DNA from: Myxococcales bacterium
Lineage (GTDB): Bacteria; Myxococcota_A; Polyangia; Fen-1088
Length of the DNA: 64,000 nt
Assembly (NCBI GenBank): GCA_031423255.1
Contig: JANPFD010000042.1
Coordinates: 24,356-88,355 of the forward strand
Direction of reading: 5' to 3'
The notes beneath the pieces were generated by a model that was given only the letters and a program-made list of their open reading frames with translations, ran no database searches and was not told the DNA's origin. The translations under genes were made by a program, and so were the position numbers. This document shows positions 34,446 to 43,819 of the stretch, piece by piece; position 1 is the stretch's first letter; each line of letters opens with the position of its first letter.

Positions 34446-35804
34446 ATGTCGAAGATTCTCCTGGTCGCGGCCCTCGCTGCCGCCTCGTGTGCGCACGGCC
34501 CGCAAGTCCACACTACCGGCAAGCGCCCGAACATCGTCGTCGTGATCGTCGATGACCTGCGCTGGGACGCGCTGTCGATCACCGGCCACCCGTTCGTGAA
34601 GACGCCCCACATCGACCGCATCGCGCGCGAGGGGGCGCTGTTCAAGAACGCATTCGTCACCACGCCGCTCTGCTCGCCGTCGCGCGCCAGTTTCTGGACC
34701 GGCACCTACGTCCACCAGCACAAGATCATCGGCAACACCGAGAACGGGCCGCAGAGCCACATGTTGATCACCTACCCGGCGCTGCTGCAGAAGTCTGGCT
34801 ACGAGACCGCCTACGTGGGCAAGTGGCACATGGGGACCGATCCCACCCCGCGGCCTGGGTTCGACCGCTGGGTCAGCTTCAAGGGGCAGGGCGTCTACAA
34901 CGATCCCGCGCTCCACATCGACGGCGAGCCGACGCCCACCAAGGGGTACATCACGGACGTCCTGTCCGAACATGCCGCTCAGTTCATCGAGAAGGATCGG
35001 CAAAAGCCGTTCGCGCTGGTGCTGGCGCACAAGGCGGTGCACGGGCCGTTCACGCCTGCCGAACGCCACAAGGACCTGTTCACGGACGAGACCATTCCGC
35101 GGGCCGCGAGCGCCGACGACGATCGACAGGGCAAGCCGGCGTTGACCTTCGGACAGCCCGAGGGCGCAGAGGCAAAGGCCGCGGCGCCCAAGGGGAACAA
35201 CACCGCCCGCAACCAGCTCCGCTGCCTGATGGCGATCGAGGATGGGATGGGGCGCCTGCTTCAGGCGCTGGAGAAGAAGGGCATCCTCGACGACACCATC
35301 GTCATCTTCACCAGCGACAATGGTTACTTCTGGGGCGAGCACGGCGGTCTGGGCGACAAACGCTGGGCCTACGAGGAGTCGATCCGGATCCCGATGTTCC
35401 TGCGCTACCCCAAGCTGGTCGCTGGCGGCACGAAGATCGACGGCATGGTCCAGAACATCGACCTGGCGCCGACGTTCCTCGACCTGGCAGGCGTCTCCTC
35501 GCCGCGGCCGCTCCCGGGCCGCTCGTTGGTGCCGATTCTGCGAGGTCAGACCGAGGGCTGGCGCAGCAGCGCCTTCTTCGAGTATTTCGCTGAGAAGGCC
35601 TACCCGCGCGTGCCGAACTGGCAGGCGATCCGCACCGACCGCTGGAAGTACATCCACTACCAGGATCAGGAAGGTCTGGACGAGCTGTACGATCTGCAGG
35701 CCGACGGGCTCGAACTCAAGAACCTGGTGCAGGACCCTGCGGCGGCCAGCGCGCTGGCGACGCTGAAGGATGAACTGGGCAAGACGCTGGCGAAGACGCG
35801 CTAG
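34446..35804 (+). CDS. Sulfatase, lipoprotein/secreted
   Basis: MSKILLVAALAAASC signal. C-S-P-S-R formylglycine motif (CSPSRASFWTG). 452 aa. Confidence 0.8.
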   Translation: MSKILLVAALAAASCAHGPQVHTTGKRPNIVVVIVDDLRWDALSITGHPFVKTPHIDRIAREGALFKNAFVTTPLCSPSRASFWTGTYVHQHKIIGNTENGPQSHMLITYPALLQKSGYETAYVGKWHMGTDPTPRPGFDRWVSFKGQGVYNDPALHIDGEPTPTKGYITDVLSEHAAQFIEKDRQKPFALVLAHKAVHGPFTPAERHKDLFTDETIPRAASADDDRQGKPALTFGQPEGAEAKAAAPKGNNTARNQLRCLMAIEDGMGRLLQALEKKGILDDTIVIFTSDNGYFWGEHGGLGDKRWAYEESIRIPMFLRYPKLVAGGTKIDGMVQNIDLAPTFLDLAGVSSPRPLPGRSLVPILRGQTEGWRSSAFFEYFAEKAYPRVPNWQAIRTDRWKYIHYQDQEGLDELYDLQADGLELKNLVQDPAAASALATLKDELGKTLAKTR

Positions 35805-36788
35805 TCAGCGTTTGACGCTGCGGACGGCTTTCTTCAGTGCGGCCACCTCGCGCTTGAGCTCGCGGAGCTCCCTGTCTTGCACCTGCGTCTTGGCCAGGAG
35901 CATGCTGGTGTAGCCGTACAGATCGATCATCCCCTGCTCGCGATCGACGGCGGCGATGTCGGGGCTGTCTTCGATGATGAAGCCGAGTTGCTCGCGCTGG
36001 GCACGAGCCGGATCCTTGTAGCGAAAGGTGGCTAGCCGCACGCGTTCGAGCTGCGCCGCGACTCGCGCCAGTGCCGCGTCGTCGAGGTAGTGGATGTCCG
36101 TCTTCGCCTGGCGCTGCGAGGCGGGACAGGGCCCGCCCTGGGCTCGCACCCAGACGCCGTCCCGGCAGGCCCGCCCGCCATTGTCGCCGCATGCGTAGGT
36201 GCACATCTGGCCATTGGGCGTGCAGGGGCTGCCGAGCCGTGGCAGCCCGGCGGGGCAGTTCGCGTTCATGTTCGGCGCCTCGCAGTGCCACGTGGTCGGG
36301 CCGTCGCAGCGGATGACGGGACCGGTGGTGCAGTTGGTGCACGTGCAGTTGAGGCCATCGTAGCCGCACACGGCGTTCATCCCCGTGCAGGGTTTGTCGG
36401 CCGCTGCCTCGCGGGTCGCGGGACACGTCGCCGGCACCGGCGCCACGCAGCGCGGGGTCGTGATCTGCCAGCCGTTGGCTGCGCAAGTCGCGAACGGGCG
36501 ACAGTCGCGGCGCACGTCATCGCCGTACTCGCAGACCAGGTTCGGACGCGGGCAGGCGCTGCCGTTCTGGGGCAGCGTGGTCGGGCAGATGACCGTGGCA
36601 GGCGGCCCATCCAGGACCCTTCCGCCATCCGGTGTGCCGCCGGAGCCGCCGGAGCCGCCGCCACCACCGCCGGCTCCTGCTCCTCCTCCGGTCCCGCCGC
36701 CGCCGTCGTCCACCGTCGATAGCCCGCCCCGATCGTTGCTACAGCTCGCCAGGAGGACGAGCGCCGAAACCACGATGGTGGTGCGCAT
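35805..36788 (-). CDS. Lipoprotein with a Gly-rich linker, a Cys-rich domain and a C-terminal peptidase-S74 / tail-fibre intramolecular chaperone-like domain
   Basis: Lipobox MRTTIVVSALVLLASC. Poly-Gly linker. About 24 Cys in about 180 aa. C-terminus SQRQAKTDIHYLDDAALARVAAQLERVRLATFRYKD...QLGFIIEDSPDIAAVDREQGMIDLYGYTSMLLAKTQVQDRELRELKREVAALKK aligns motif for motif with the S74 CIMCD consensus (S-x4-K dyad, YKD, GFIAQE, coiled-coil tail). Confidence 0.55.
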   Translation of the reverse strand: MRTTIVVSALVLLASCSNDRGGLSTVDDGGGGTGGGAGAGGGGGGSGGSGGTPDGGRVLDGPPATVICPTTLPQNGSACPRPNLVCEYGDDVRRDCRPFATCAANGWQITTPRCVAPVPATCPATREAAADKPCTGMNAVCGYDGLNCTCTNCTTGPVIRCDGPTTWHCEAPNMNANCPAGLPRLGSPCTPNGQMCTYACGDNGGRACRDGVWVRAQGGPCPASQRQAKTDIHYLDDAALARVAAQLERVRLATFRYKDPARAQREQLGFIIEDSPDIAAVDREQGMIDLYGYTSMLLAKTQVQDRELRELKREVAALKKAVRSVKR

Positions 36789-36847
36789 CCCGCCATCCTA
36801 TCATCGGGGAGGTGCCGACAACTGCGACCCTGCTCGTCTAGGGCCCG

Positions 36848-37732
36848 CTATTTCTTTGGCCGCTTGTCGTCGAGGTTGCGCGAGAGCACGCCGAGCTTGG
36901 TGTCGACCTTCGCGCCGTCCTTCGGAATCTCCACCTTGGCTGTCCAGAGGATCCCGTTGACCACCAGGCGGCGGACGTTCTCCTCGCCCCAGTTGTCGTG
37001 GAAGTGGCCGGCGCTGTAGCCGAACGATCGCCCGCCGTTCGGCCGCTCGTAGGCCCAGGAGGTGATCTCCGGCTCGCCCGCGTGCTTCTTCGCCTCCTCC
37101 GAAGTGCGCGCCATCGCCGGCGGAACCGTCCTGAGGATCGCGGTCACACCCTTGCCGTCCGGCACGAAGCGCATGTGGAAATACCACTCGTCGCGCAGGG
37201 TGAACGGCGGGACCCCGCGGGTGATCGGGTGCGTCGGGATCTTGTCGTAGTACGCCGTCCAGACACAGGCCGGGCAGGACGAGTACTCGATGTCGAAGTG
37301 GCCGCCCAGCCAGCTCAGGATCCGGCTGCTGGCCTCCTTCGGGAAATTCACCGCGTAGTGGATGGCGGTGAAGCCCATGCCCTTGTCGATCTGCTTTTGC
37401 AGCAGGTCCATGCGCCCCGCCTCGAGCAGGGGGTGGTGCTGGCCGCCGTCGTTGTAGAACACCACCGCGCGCGCGCCCTCGAACACCTTCGGGTTCTTCG
37501 GCCAGCCGTCACGCACCATCACCGGGTGTACGCCCGGGGTCAGCTTCAACATCTCGGCCAGGAATGCCAGGCCGGCGAAATACTCGTGGTGCCCGGGCGC
37601 GTGCGACATCTTGCCGGCCACCAGAACCACCTTGGCCAGCTTCGGATCACTCGTGTCCACCTCGAGCGGCACCTGCGACTGGTCGTAGTGGTCGACCGGA
37701 GCGGCCAGCAGCATCAGGAGGGCGACGTTCAT
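36848..37732 (-). CDS. ThuA-like (trehalose-utilisation / class-I glutamine-amidotransferase-like) domain protein
   Basis: Overall resemblance to the ThuA family (KVVLVAGKMSHAPGHHEY...FTAIHYA...). Weak, based on memory only. Confidence 0.4.
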   Translation of the reverse strand: MNVALLMLLAAPVDHYDQSQVPLEVDTSDPKLAKVVLVAGKMSHAPGHHEYFAGLAFLAEMLKLTPGVHPVMVRDGWPKNPKVFEGARAVVFYNDGGQHHPLLEAGRMDLLQKQIDKGMGFTAIHYAVNFPKEASSRILSWLGGHFDIEYSSCPACVWTAYYDKIPTHPITRGVPPFTLRDEWYFHMRFVPDGKGVTAILRTVPPAMARTSEEAKKHAGEPEITSWAYERPNGGRSFGYSAGHFHDNWGEENVRRLVVNGILWTAKVEIPKDGAKVDTKLGVLSRNLDDKRPKK

Positions 37733-37742
37733 GCCGGCGACG

Positions 37743-38312
37743 TTACCTCAGGCGCGCGACCTGCGATCGGCGAAAGCAGCCGATCAGGTGATCGTTGACC
37801 AGCCCGGCCGCTTGCATCCAGGCGTAGACGATGGTCGAGCCCACGAAGCTGAATCCGGCAAGGCGCAGCTCGCGCGAGATCTCGTCCGACAGTGGGGTGT
37901 GCGCAGCCCAGTCGGATTTCTTGCGCGCCTTGCCGGGGATCGGACGCCCACCCACCTTCCGCCAGATGTACGCGTCGAACGAGCCGTGCTCCTTCTGGAT
38001 CGCCACAAACGCCTGGGCGTTGCCGATCGCCGAACGGATCTTCATCCGGTTGCGAACGATGGCGGGGTTCTTCATCAGCCTCGCGACGTCGCGCGCGCGG
38101 AAGCGAGCCACCTTGGCAGGAACGAAGCCCGCGAACGCCTCGCGGTAGCCCTCGCGCTTGCGCAGGATCGTCAGCCACGACAGCCCCGCCTGCGCCCCGT
38201 CGAGCACGATCTTCTCGTACCATCTGACGTCGTCGTGGACCGGCACGCCCCACTCCTCGTCGTGGTAGGCGGTCAGCAGCGGATCGGCCTGGCCCCAGTC
38301 ACATCGTTTCAT
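37743..38312 (-). CDS. tag: DNA-3-methyladenine glycosylase I
   Basis: CDWG...DPLLTAYHDEEWGVP, LDGAQAGLSW, GSFDAYIW, FSFVGSTIVYAWMQAAGLVNDH. Canonical Tag motifs, including zinc-snap Cys/His. Confidence 0.85.
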   Translation of the reverse strand: MKRCDWGQADPLLTAYHDEEWGVPVHDDVRWYEKIVLDGAQAGLSWLTILRKREGYREAFAGFVPAKVARFRARDVARLMKNPAIVRNRMKIRSAIGNAQAFVAIQKEHGSFDAYIWRKVGGRPIPGKARKKSDWAAHTPLSDEISRELRLAGFSFVGSTIVYAWMQAAGLVNDHLIGCFRRSQVARLR

Positions 38313-38315
38313 GCG

Positions 38316-39101
38316 TCATGCGATCAAGTCGATGAAGCCACGGATCCAGACCAGATTCACCTGATCGGCCAGCGCCATCGGCGTGCGGGTCGTGGTTTCC
38401 AGCGCCGCCGTGATCGGGACGCCGCGGCGGTAGAAGTAGTCGGTGACGCTGCCGTCGTGTAGCTCGATGATGCCATCGGCGTCGCTGCGCACCCCGGCCT
38501 CGTCGTCGACCAGGGCGCTGGCGGCCAGTGGTACCAGCGCCGCGGTGCGGACCACCAGTGGCCGGTACGCAGCCCGCGCGCCGAACACGTACGCGTAGGC
38601 GAACGCCCCCTCCAGCCACGGATCCTGGTGCAGATCGAGCGCCGCCGCCGGCGCCGGCTCGCGTTCCAGCGCCGCCAGCAGGGCCCGTGTCTCCTTCGGC
38701 CCCTCGGTGTGGACGGCCCAGCTCAGGAAATCCGTCCCGGCTGGCAGCTCGTCGACCCACCGGCCGGGCGCCACCTGGTAGCGCAGCAGATCGTTGTTGG
38801 GCGCCTCGCCGTCACGATTGTAGCGCGTGCCGTCCTCGAACCCCGACGGGTTCAAGCAGGGAAAGATCCGCAGGCCGACGTCGCGCGCGCGCGCGTACCT
38901 CGCGATCTCGGGCAGGCGTTCGAGCAACGTCAGCGGCCCGGCGGTCTCATCGCCGTGGAATCCGGCGGTGATCACCAGCGTTCGCCGCCCCGGGACCACC
39001 GCCTCGTAAAGTGGGTAGCTCCTGCCCCCCTCGATCACCTCGGCGAAGGCTGTCACCCCGTCATGGGCTCGGAGACGTGCTGCGTATGCCGCGTAATCCA
39101 C
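38316..39101 (-). CDS. Succinylglutamate desuccinylase/aspartoacylase (AstE/AspA) family zinc hydrolase
   Basis: ITAGFHGDETAG metal-binding motif. About 260 aa. Weak overall resemblance to the M14-like deacylase fold. Confidence 0.5.
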   Translation of the reverse strand: MDYAAYAARLRAHDGVTAFAEVIEGGRSYPLYEAVVPGRRTLVITAGFHGDETAGPLTLLERLPEIARYARARDVGLRIFPCLNPSGFEDGTRYNRDGEAPNNDLLRYQVAPGRWVDELPAGTDFLSWAVHTEGPKETRALLAALEREPAPAAALDLHQDPWLEGAFAYAYVFGARAAYRPLVVRTAALVPLAASALVDDEAGVRSDADGIIELHDGSVTDYFYRRGVPITAALETTTRTPMALADQVNLVWIRGFIDLIA

Positions 39102-39102
39102 C

Positions 39103-39555
39103 TCAGGAAAGTATAGCCGCCAGCGCGTGGCCCCGGGGTCCGGTGCCGCGCACCGTCAACCGCCGCCCGCCCTCGACGGTGACAAAGACGATCTCCAGGT
39201 GATCCGCCGGCAGCACCTCGGGGAAGCGATCGGCCCATTCCAGTGCTGCCGCGGCGCGCCCGTACGCCTCTTCCAGCCCCAGCTCGCGCAGCTCCTCGGC
39301 CTTGTTGATGCGATAGAAGTCGCCGTGCACGAAACCGACGCGCCCCGGGTGCTCGTTGACGAGGGCGAAGGTGGGGCTGGCGACGTGGCGATCGGCCGGC
39401 ACCTCCAGCCCCTGGGCGATCCCCTGCGCGAACGTGGTCTTGCCGCTGCCCAGTGGGCCGATCAGGGCCACGACGTCGCCGAGACACAGCTGCCGCCCCA
39501 GACGCGCGCCGAGCGCCTTCATCTGTTCGGGGCTGCTCACCACTTCGGTGGTCAT
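39103..39555 (-). CDS. tsaE: tRNA threonylcarbamoyladenosine biosynthesis ATPase TsaE
   Basis: Walker A GPLGSGKTTFAQGIAQGL and SPTFALVNEH motifs. The track ORF extends further 5', but the MTTEVVSSPEQ start fits the TsaE N-terminus. Confidence 0.8.
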   Translation of the reverse strand: MTTEVVSSPEQMKALGARLGRQLCLGDVVALIGPLGSGKTTFAQGIAQGLEVPADRHVASPTFALVNEHPGRVGFVHGDFYRINKAEELRELGLEEAYGRAAAALEWADRFPEVLPADHLEIVFVTVEGGRRLTVRGTGPRGHALAAILS

Positions 39556-39570
39556 GATAAGAAGGCACGC

Positions 39571-39999
39571 ATGATCAGACAGTCGAAAGCAAGCGCGGTC
39601 TGGAATGGCGGGCTCAAGGACGGCAAGGGCACCGTGTCCGTCGAAAGCGGGGTGTTGAACAACACCGCGTACACCTTCGCGCAGCGGTTCGAGAGCGCCA
39701 AGGGAACCAACCCCGAGGAACTGATCGCCGCTGCCTTGGCGGGTTGCTTCTCGATGGCCTTCTCGGGCGAGCTCGGCAAGGCGGGCCTCACGCCCCAGAG
39801 CATCGACACCGGAGCGACGCTGACTTTCGACACCAAGGACGGCAAGCCCACGATCACCAAGATCCACCTCGACTGCACGGCCAAGGTCCCGAACGCCAAG
39901 CAGGACGCTTTTCAGGCGGCGGCCGAGGGCGCCCGAGCCGGCTGCCCGATCTCGCGTCTGCTCGACACCGAGATCACTCTCGACGCCAAGCTGGCGTAG
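39571..39999 (+). CDS. OsmC/Ohr-family peroxiredoxin
   Basis: NPEELIAAALAGCFSMAF and GARAGCPISRLL, the two conserved Cys motifs of OsmC. 142 aa. Confidence 0.8.
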   Translation: MIRQSKASAVWNGGLKDGKGTVSVESGVLNNTAYTFAQRFESAKGTNPEELIAAALAGCFSMAFSGELGKAGLTPQSIDTGATLTFDTKDGKPTITKIHLDCTAKVPNAKQDAFQAAAEGARAGCPISRLLDTEITLDAKLA

Positions 40000-40006
40000 T
40001 GACCGG

Positions 40007-40885
40007 CTACTTGCCGCGCGTCAGGTTCCGGTAGATCAACAGGTGGCGGATCGCCACCTCGGGCCGGCCGAGCTGCTCGAGCAGCCGCGCGAGGTTGTAG
40101 TGTGCATCGGCGTTCTTGCCGTCGCAGGTCAGCGCGCGCTCGTACGCCTGGACCGCCTCGGCGGTGAGGCCCAGATCCTCGAGCGCCACGCCGACGTTGA
40201 ACGCCGCCGTCGGATCCTCGGGGCGCGCGTCGTGCGCCGACCGGTAGTGCATGAGCGCGGCATGCACGTCGCCGGCCTCGTGCAGAAGGCGCCCGAGGTT
40301 GATGTGCGCCTCGGCGAACCCCGGATCGCGATCGATCGCTCGCTTGTAGAACACCTGCGCCTCGGCGGGCGACTGTGGCTCGAGCGCGCAGGCTCGATCG
40401 TAAAGCTCCTGCGCCGACATCTTGGGCGTCACGTCACTATTGACGGCCGCGGCAGGGCGGACCGGTACCAGTTGCTTCACCTCGCCGCCCACGTTCACGT
40501 TCCGCAGGTCGCGCCCGAAGTCGAACAGCACCTGCCCCGACTCCGGCTGCCAGCGCAGGTCGCCGTCCTGCACCACCACCTGGTTGCCGACCGCTTCGAG
40601 GTGCATGCCCGAGAGCGGGCGTCCGTCGGGGAGGCGTTCGCGCAGGAGCCTCAGCGCGCGGTTCACCCGATGCGGGGCGATGCGATCGGAGACCAGGCCG
40701 TGCGCCTTGCGCAGCAGCACCAGGTCCTGAAAGGAGAAACGCAGCTCGCCGTCGTCGCCCTTGCTGGGCGCCACGAACCCCGAGCGCAGGTACGAGCGAA
40801 TACGCCCTGCGCCGATCCCCAGAACCGTCGCCACCTCACGAACAGTGAACATGCGCGCAGCTACTATAAACATACCCGCACGCAA
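40007..40885 (-). CDS. MerR-like HTH protein with C-terminal TPR repeats
   Basis: N-terminal FTVREVATVLGIGAGRIRSYLRSGFV HTH. C-terminal TPR-like repeats (AEAHINLGRLL..., ADAHYNLARLLEQLG). Confidence 0.5.
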   Translation of the reverse strand: MRAGMFIVAARMFTVREVATVLGIGAGRIRSYLRSGFVAPSKGDDGELRFSFQDLVLLRKAHGLVSDRIAPHRVNRALRLLRERLPDGRPLSGMHLEAVGNQVVVQDGDLRWQPESGQVLFDFGRDLRNVNVGGEVKQLVPVRPAAAVNSDVTPKMSAQELYDRACALEPQSPAEAQVFYKRAIDRDPGFAEAHINLGRLLHEAGDVHAALMHYRSAHDARPEDPTAAFNVGVALEDLGLTAEAVQAYERALTCDGKNADAHYNLARLLEQLGRPEVAIRHLLIYRNLTRGK

Positions 40886-40923
40886 ACCTGAACATTCGTG
40901 CTGGCCTGTATTTCGCGACCCGG

Positions 40924-41796
40924 TTACCTGCGCGCGGCGCTCTTCTTGCGGACGGCCGGCTTGGAACGGGCGGCCTTGGCCGGATGACGCTGCTCCGACC
41001 CGGCCTCGCCCGCGGATTTCTTGCCTTTGCCGAGGCTCGCCTTCAGCGCCTCCATCAGGTCGATGATCTGCGCCGGGGCCGACATCGGCTCGGGCGCCTC
41101 GATCTCCTTGCCCTCGATCTTCTTCTGGATGTCCGCCTGGATGCGCTTTTTGACCTCGTCCTCGTATTGGGTCGGGTCGAAGGTCTCGGCCGATATCTGG
41201 TCCACCAGCTGCTTTGCCAGCTTCAGCTCTGCCTCGCGCAGCTCGGGCTTGTCGGGCAAGCCCACTTCCTTCCAGGACCGGACCTCGTCGGCGTAGAGGA
41301 GCTGCTGCATCACCAGCCCATGCTCGTCCGCCCGCACCATCACCAGGTACTGCTTCCCACGCGCCGCGTAAGTCGCGATCGCCGTCCGCCCGCTCTGCCG
41401 CATCACCTCGGCCAGCAGCTGGTACGCCTTCTCGCCCCCGCGGTCGGGTGCCAGAAAGTACGGTTTGTCGAAGAAGACCGGATCCACCCGGTCGAGCGGC
41501 ACGAACTGGCTGATGTCGATGGCGTGGCTGGCCTTCTCTTCGAGGGCCTTCAGCTCCTCGGGTGTGAAGACGACATACTGTTCCTTGGCGAACTCGTACC
41601 CCTTCACCGTCTCCTCGCGCGACACGATCACCTCGTCACGCGGGCAGATGTACTGCTGCTTGAGCCGCGTCCCGCAGTCCTTGTGCAGCATGTTGAAGTG
41701 GATCCCTGTCGACGGCTGCGTCGCGGGAAAGAGCTTGACCGGGATGGTCACCAGGCCGAATGAGATACTGGCGCTGGCGATGGCGCGCGCTGGCAT
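40924..41796 (-). CDS. ku: Ku protein (non-homologous end joining)
   Basis: ISFGLVTIPVKL N-terminus. Ku core segments. Lys-rich C-terminal tail. No ligD is adjacent. Confidence 0.85.
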   Translation of the reverse strand: MPARAIASASISFGLVTIPVKLFPATQPSTGIHFNMLHKDCGTRLKQQYICPRDEVIVSREETVKGYEFAKEQYVVFTPEELKALEEKASHAIDISQFVPLDRVDPVFFDKPYFLAPDRGGEKAYQLLAEVMRQSGRTAIATYAARGKQYLVMVRADEHGLVMQQLLYADEVRSWKEVGLPDKPELREAELKLAKQLVDQISAETFDPTQYEDEVKKRIQADIQKKIEGKEIEAPEPMSAPAQIIDLMEALKASLGKGKKSAGEAGSEQRHPAKAARSKPAVRKKSAARR

Positions 41797-41818
41797 GACC
41801 CCATTATAGGTACGCATC

Positions 41819-42676
41819 GTGGGACGCGCGAATTTCCCTACATTTGGCTACCCAGCGGTGGCACTCCTGGCTGGCTGCGTGAACCTGACTCGCCCGGCAT
41901 TCGTCGACGAGAGGCTGGACGCCGGGCCGGGCCTGGCCGACGTCATCACCCGCGATGCCTCGGACGACGCCGTCGCGTCCGATAGGCCGGCGCCGATGGA
42001 TCTGTCGCCCGGCATGGACATGGGCGGCGCCCGGGACATGCTGCCCAGAACGCCGGGGCTCGCCGGCCACTGGCCTCTCGACGAGGGCAGCGGCTCCTCG
42101 ACCGCGGATCTGTCTGGCGGTGGGCTCACCGGACAACTGGTGAACGGTCCGACCTGGGTGGCGGGGCGCAAGGGCAGAGGCCTTGGGTTCAGGGATGTCG
42201 GCGACCACGTCAGCTTAGGAAAGCCCTCGGCGTTGGAGCTGACGGGAGCCATGACCGTCAGCGCCTGGGTCAACATCGAGACGTATCGTACCGGCAGCAT
42301 CGTCACGAAGCTGGGCGGCAGCATGATGCGCGGCTGGTTCCTCGAACTGGAGACGACGGGCGCCATCCGCTTCGGTGTGGCCATCGATCGCTCCAGCACC
42401 TTCTCCGTCGATGCCCCGCCTCAGCCAACGCGCGTCTGGATTCACGTGGCCGGGGTCTACGAGCCGTCCCAGACCGTGCGCATCTTCGTCAACGGCGTGC
42501 GCGCCGGGATCAGACCGGGCGCGCCGTCGGCCCAGTACAACGCACCATCCACCGATGTGCGCCTGGGCCTGCGTCCGGACAACCTCGACGGCCTCGACGG
42601 CGCCATCGACGAGGTGCGCATCTACAACCGGGCGCTATCGGACGTCGAGGTGATGATGCTGTTCACGAACCCGTGA
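41819..42676 (+). CDS. LamG/concanavalin-A-like domain lipoprotein
   Basis: Lipobox ...AVALLAGC. MTVSAWVNIE, WIHVAGVYEP...VRIFVNGV, LDGAIDEVRIYNRALSDVEVMMLF. Confidence 0.6.
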   Translation: MGRANFPTFGYPAVALLAGCVNLTRPAFVDERLDAGPGLADVITRDASDDAVASDRPAPMDLSPGMDMGGARDMLPRTPGLAGHWPLDEGSGSSTADLSGGGLTGQLVNGPTWVAGRKGRGLGFRDVGDHVSLGKPSALELTGAMTVSAWVNIETYRTGSIVTKLGGSMMRGWFLELETTGAIRFGVAIDRSSTFSVDAPPQPTRVWIHVAGVYEPSQTVRIFVNGVRAGIRPGAPSAQYNAPSTDVRLGLRPDNLDGLDGAIDEVRIYNRALSDVEVMMLFTNP

Positions 42677-43361
42677 GCTGGATGAGCCGTTCGGCGAGTT
42701 TCGGCCCGCGGCCCTCGTCCTCGTGCTTGAAGTAGACGTAGGCCGTCTGCCAGCTCTGGCCGCGAATCTTCTTGGCCCACGTGGTGAGGGACGTGTCGTC
42801 GTAGTCCTGCCGCCGCAGCCGCAGGTAGCCCCACCCCGTCGTCGGCTCGATCACGGCTTCCTCCTCGTCGGTGTCCGCGGCGCACAGCGCGGCGCCCTTC
42901 GTTCGCAGGGCCGCGTAGACGTCGTCGGTGAACCACGAGGTGTGCCTGAACTCGAAGGCCGCCTTGATCCCGGGAGGCAGCGCGGCGAGGAACGCCTCCA
43001 GCCGCGGCAGATCCTTGCGCAGGAACGGCGGCAACTGGAACAGGATCGGCCCCAGCTTGCCGCCCAGGCTCGCGGCCACCTCCCAGAAGCGTTTCACCGA
43101 GTCGTCGGCGTCGGCCAGCCGCTTGTCGTGGGTGATCCGCTTGGGGCTCTTGAGGCCGAACACGAAGCCGTCGGGTGTCTCGGTGGCCCAGCGCTCCAGC
43201 GTCTTCGGATCGGGCATCCGGTAGAAGGTGTTGTTGATCTCCACCGTCGGGAACCGGCCCGCATAGAAGGTCAGCATCTCGGCCGCCGGCAGCTTCTCCG
43301 GATAAAAGACGCCCTTCCACGGTGCGTAGCTGTAACCACTGGTGCCGATGAGGAGACGCAT
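42663..43361 (-). CDS. DUF72 (YecE/UPF0759) family protein
   Basis: MRLLIGTSGYSYAPWKGVFYP...FYAGRFPTVEINNTFYR...GPILFQLPP is a typical DUF72 sequence. Confidence 0.75.
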   Translation of the reverse strand: MRLLIGTSGYSYAPWKGVFYPEKLPAAEMLTFYAGRFPTVEINNTFYRMPDPKTLERWATETPDGFVFGLKSPKRITHDKRLADADDSVKRFWEVAASLGGKLGPILFQLPPFLRKDLPRLEAFLAALPPGIKAAFEFRHTSWFTDDVYAALRTKGAALCAADTDEEEAVIEPTTGWGYLRLRRQDYDDTSLTTWAKKIRGQSWQTAYVYFKHEDEGRGPKLAERLIQLTGS

Positions 43362-43368
43362 GGGTCGC

Positions 43369-43752
43369 CTAGTTCAGCGAGTGTGGCAATCCCAGGCGGA
43401 ACGGGGCGATCTCCGCGTCGAACTTCCCGCCCCCCGGCCGCAGCATCTGGTAGCTCCCGCGCATCGTTCCGCTCGACGTGGGGAGCACGCACCAGCTGGT
43501 GTACTCGAAGCTCTCGCCCGGCTCCAGCACGGGCTGGGCGCCGACGACGCCGTCGCCGCGCACCTCCTGGATGTCGCCCTCGGCATCGGTGATGATCCAG
43601 TGGCGCGTCTTCAGCTGTGCCGTCTGGCTGCCCTTGTTGGTGATGGTGACCGTGTAGGCGAAGGCAAAGCGCTTCGCGCCGGGGGCAGAGCGCTCCTGGA
43701 GGTACTCGCTCTTCACGGTGACGTGGATCCCGTCGGTCTCGGCGCTGGACAT
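43369..43752 (-). CDS. apaG: ApaG (DUF525) protein
   Basis: FAFAYTVTITNKGSQTAQLKTRHWIITDAEGDIQEVRGDGVVGAQPVLEPGESFEYTS matches the ApaG consensus. Confidence 0.8.
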   Translation of the reverse strand: MSSAETDGIHVTVKSEYLQERSAPGAKRFAFAYTVTITNKGSQTAQLKTRHWIITDAEGDIQEVRGDGVVGAQPVLEPGESFEYTSWCVLPTSSGTMRGSYQMLRPGGGKFDAEIAPFRLGLPHSLN

Positions 43753-43819
43753 GCGACAAACAACGTGCCAAACGCCCGGGGCAGGTTCAATCTCAATCCG
43801 CAACGAGGAGAGTGTGCTG

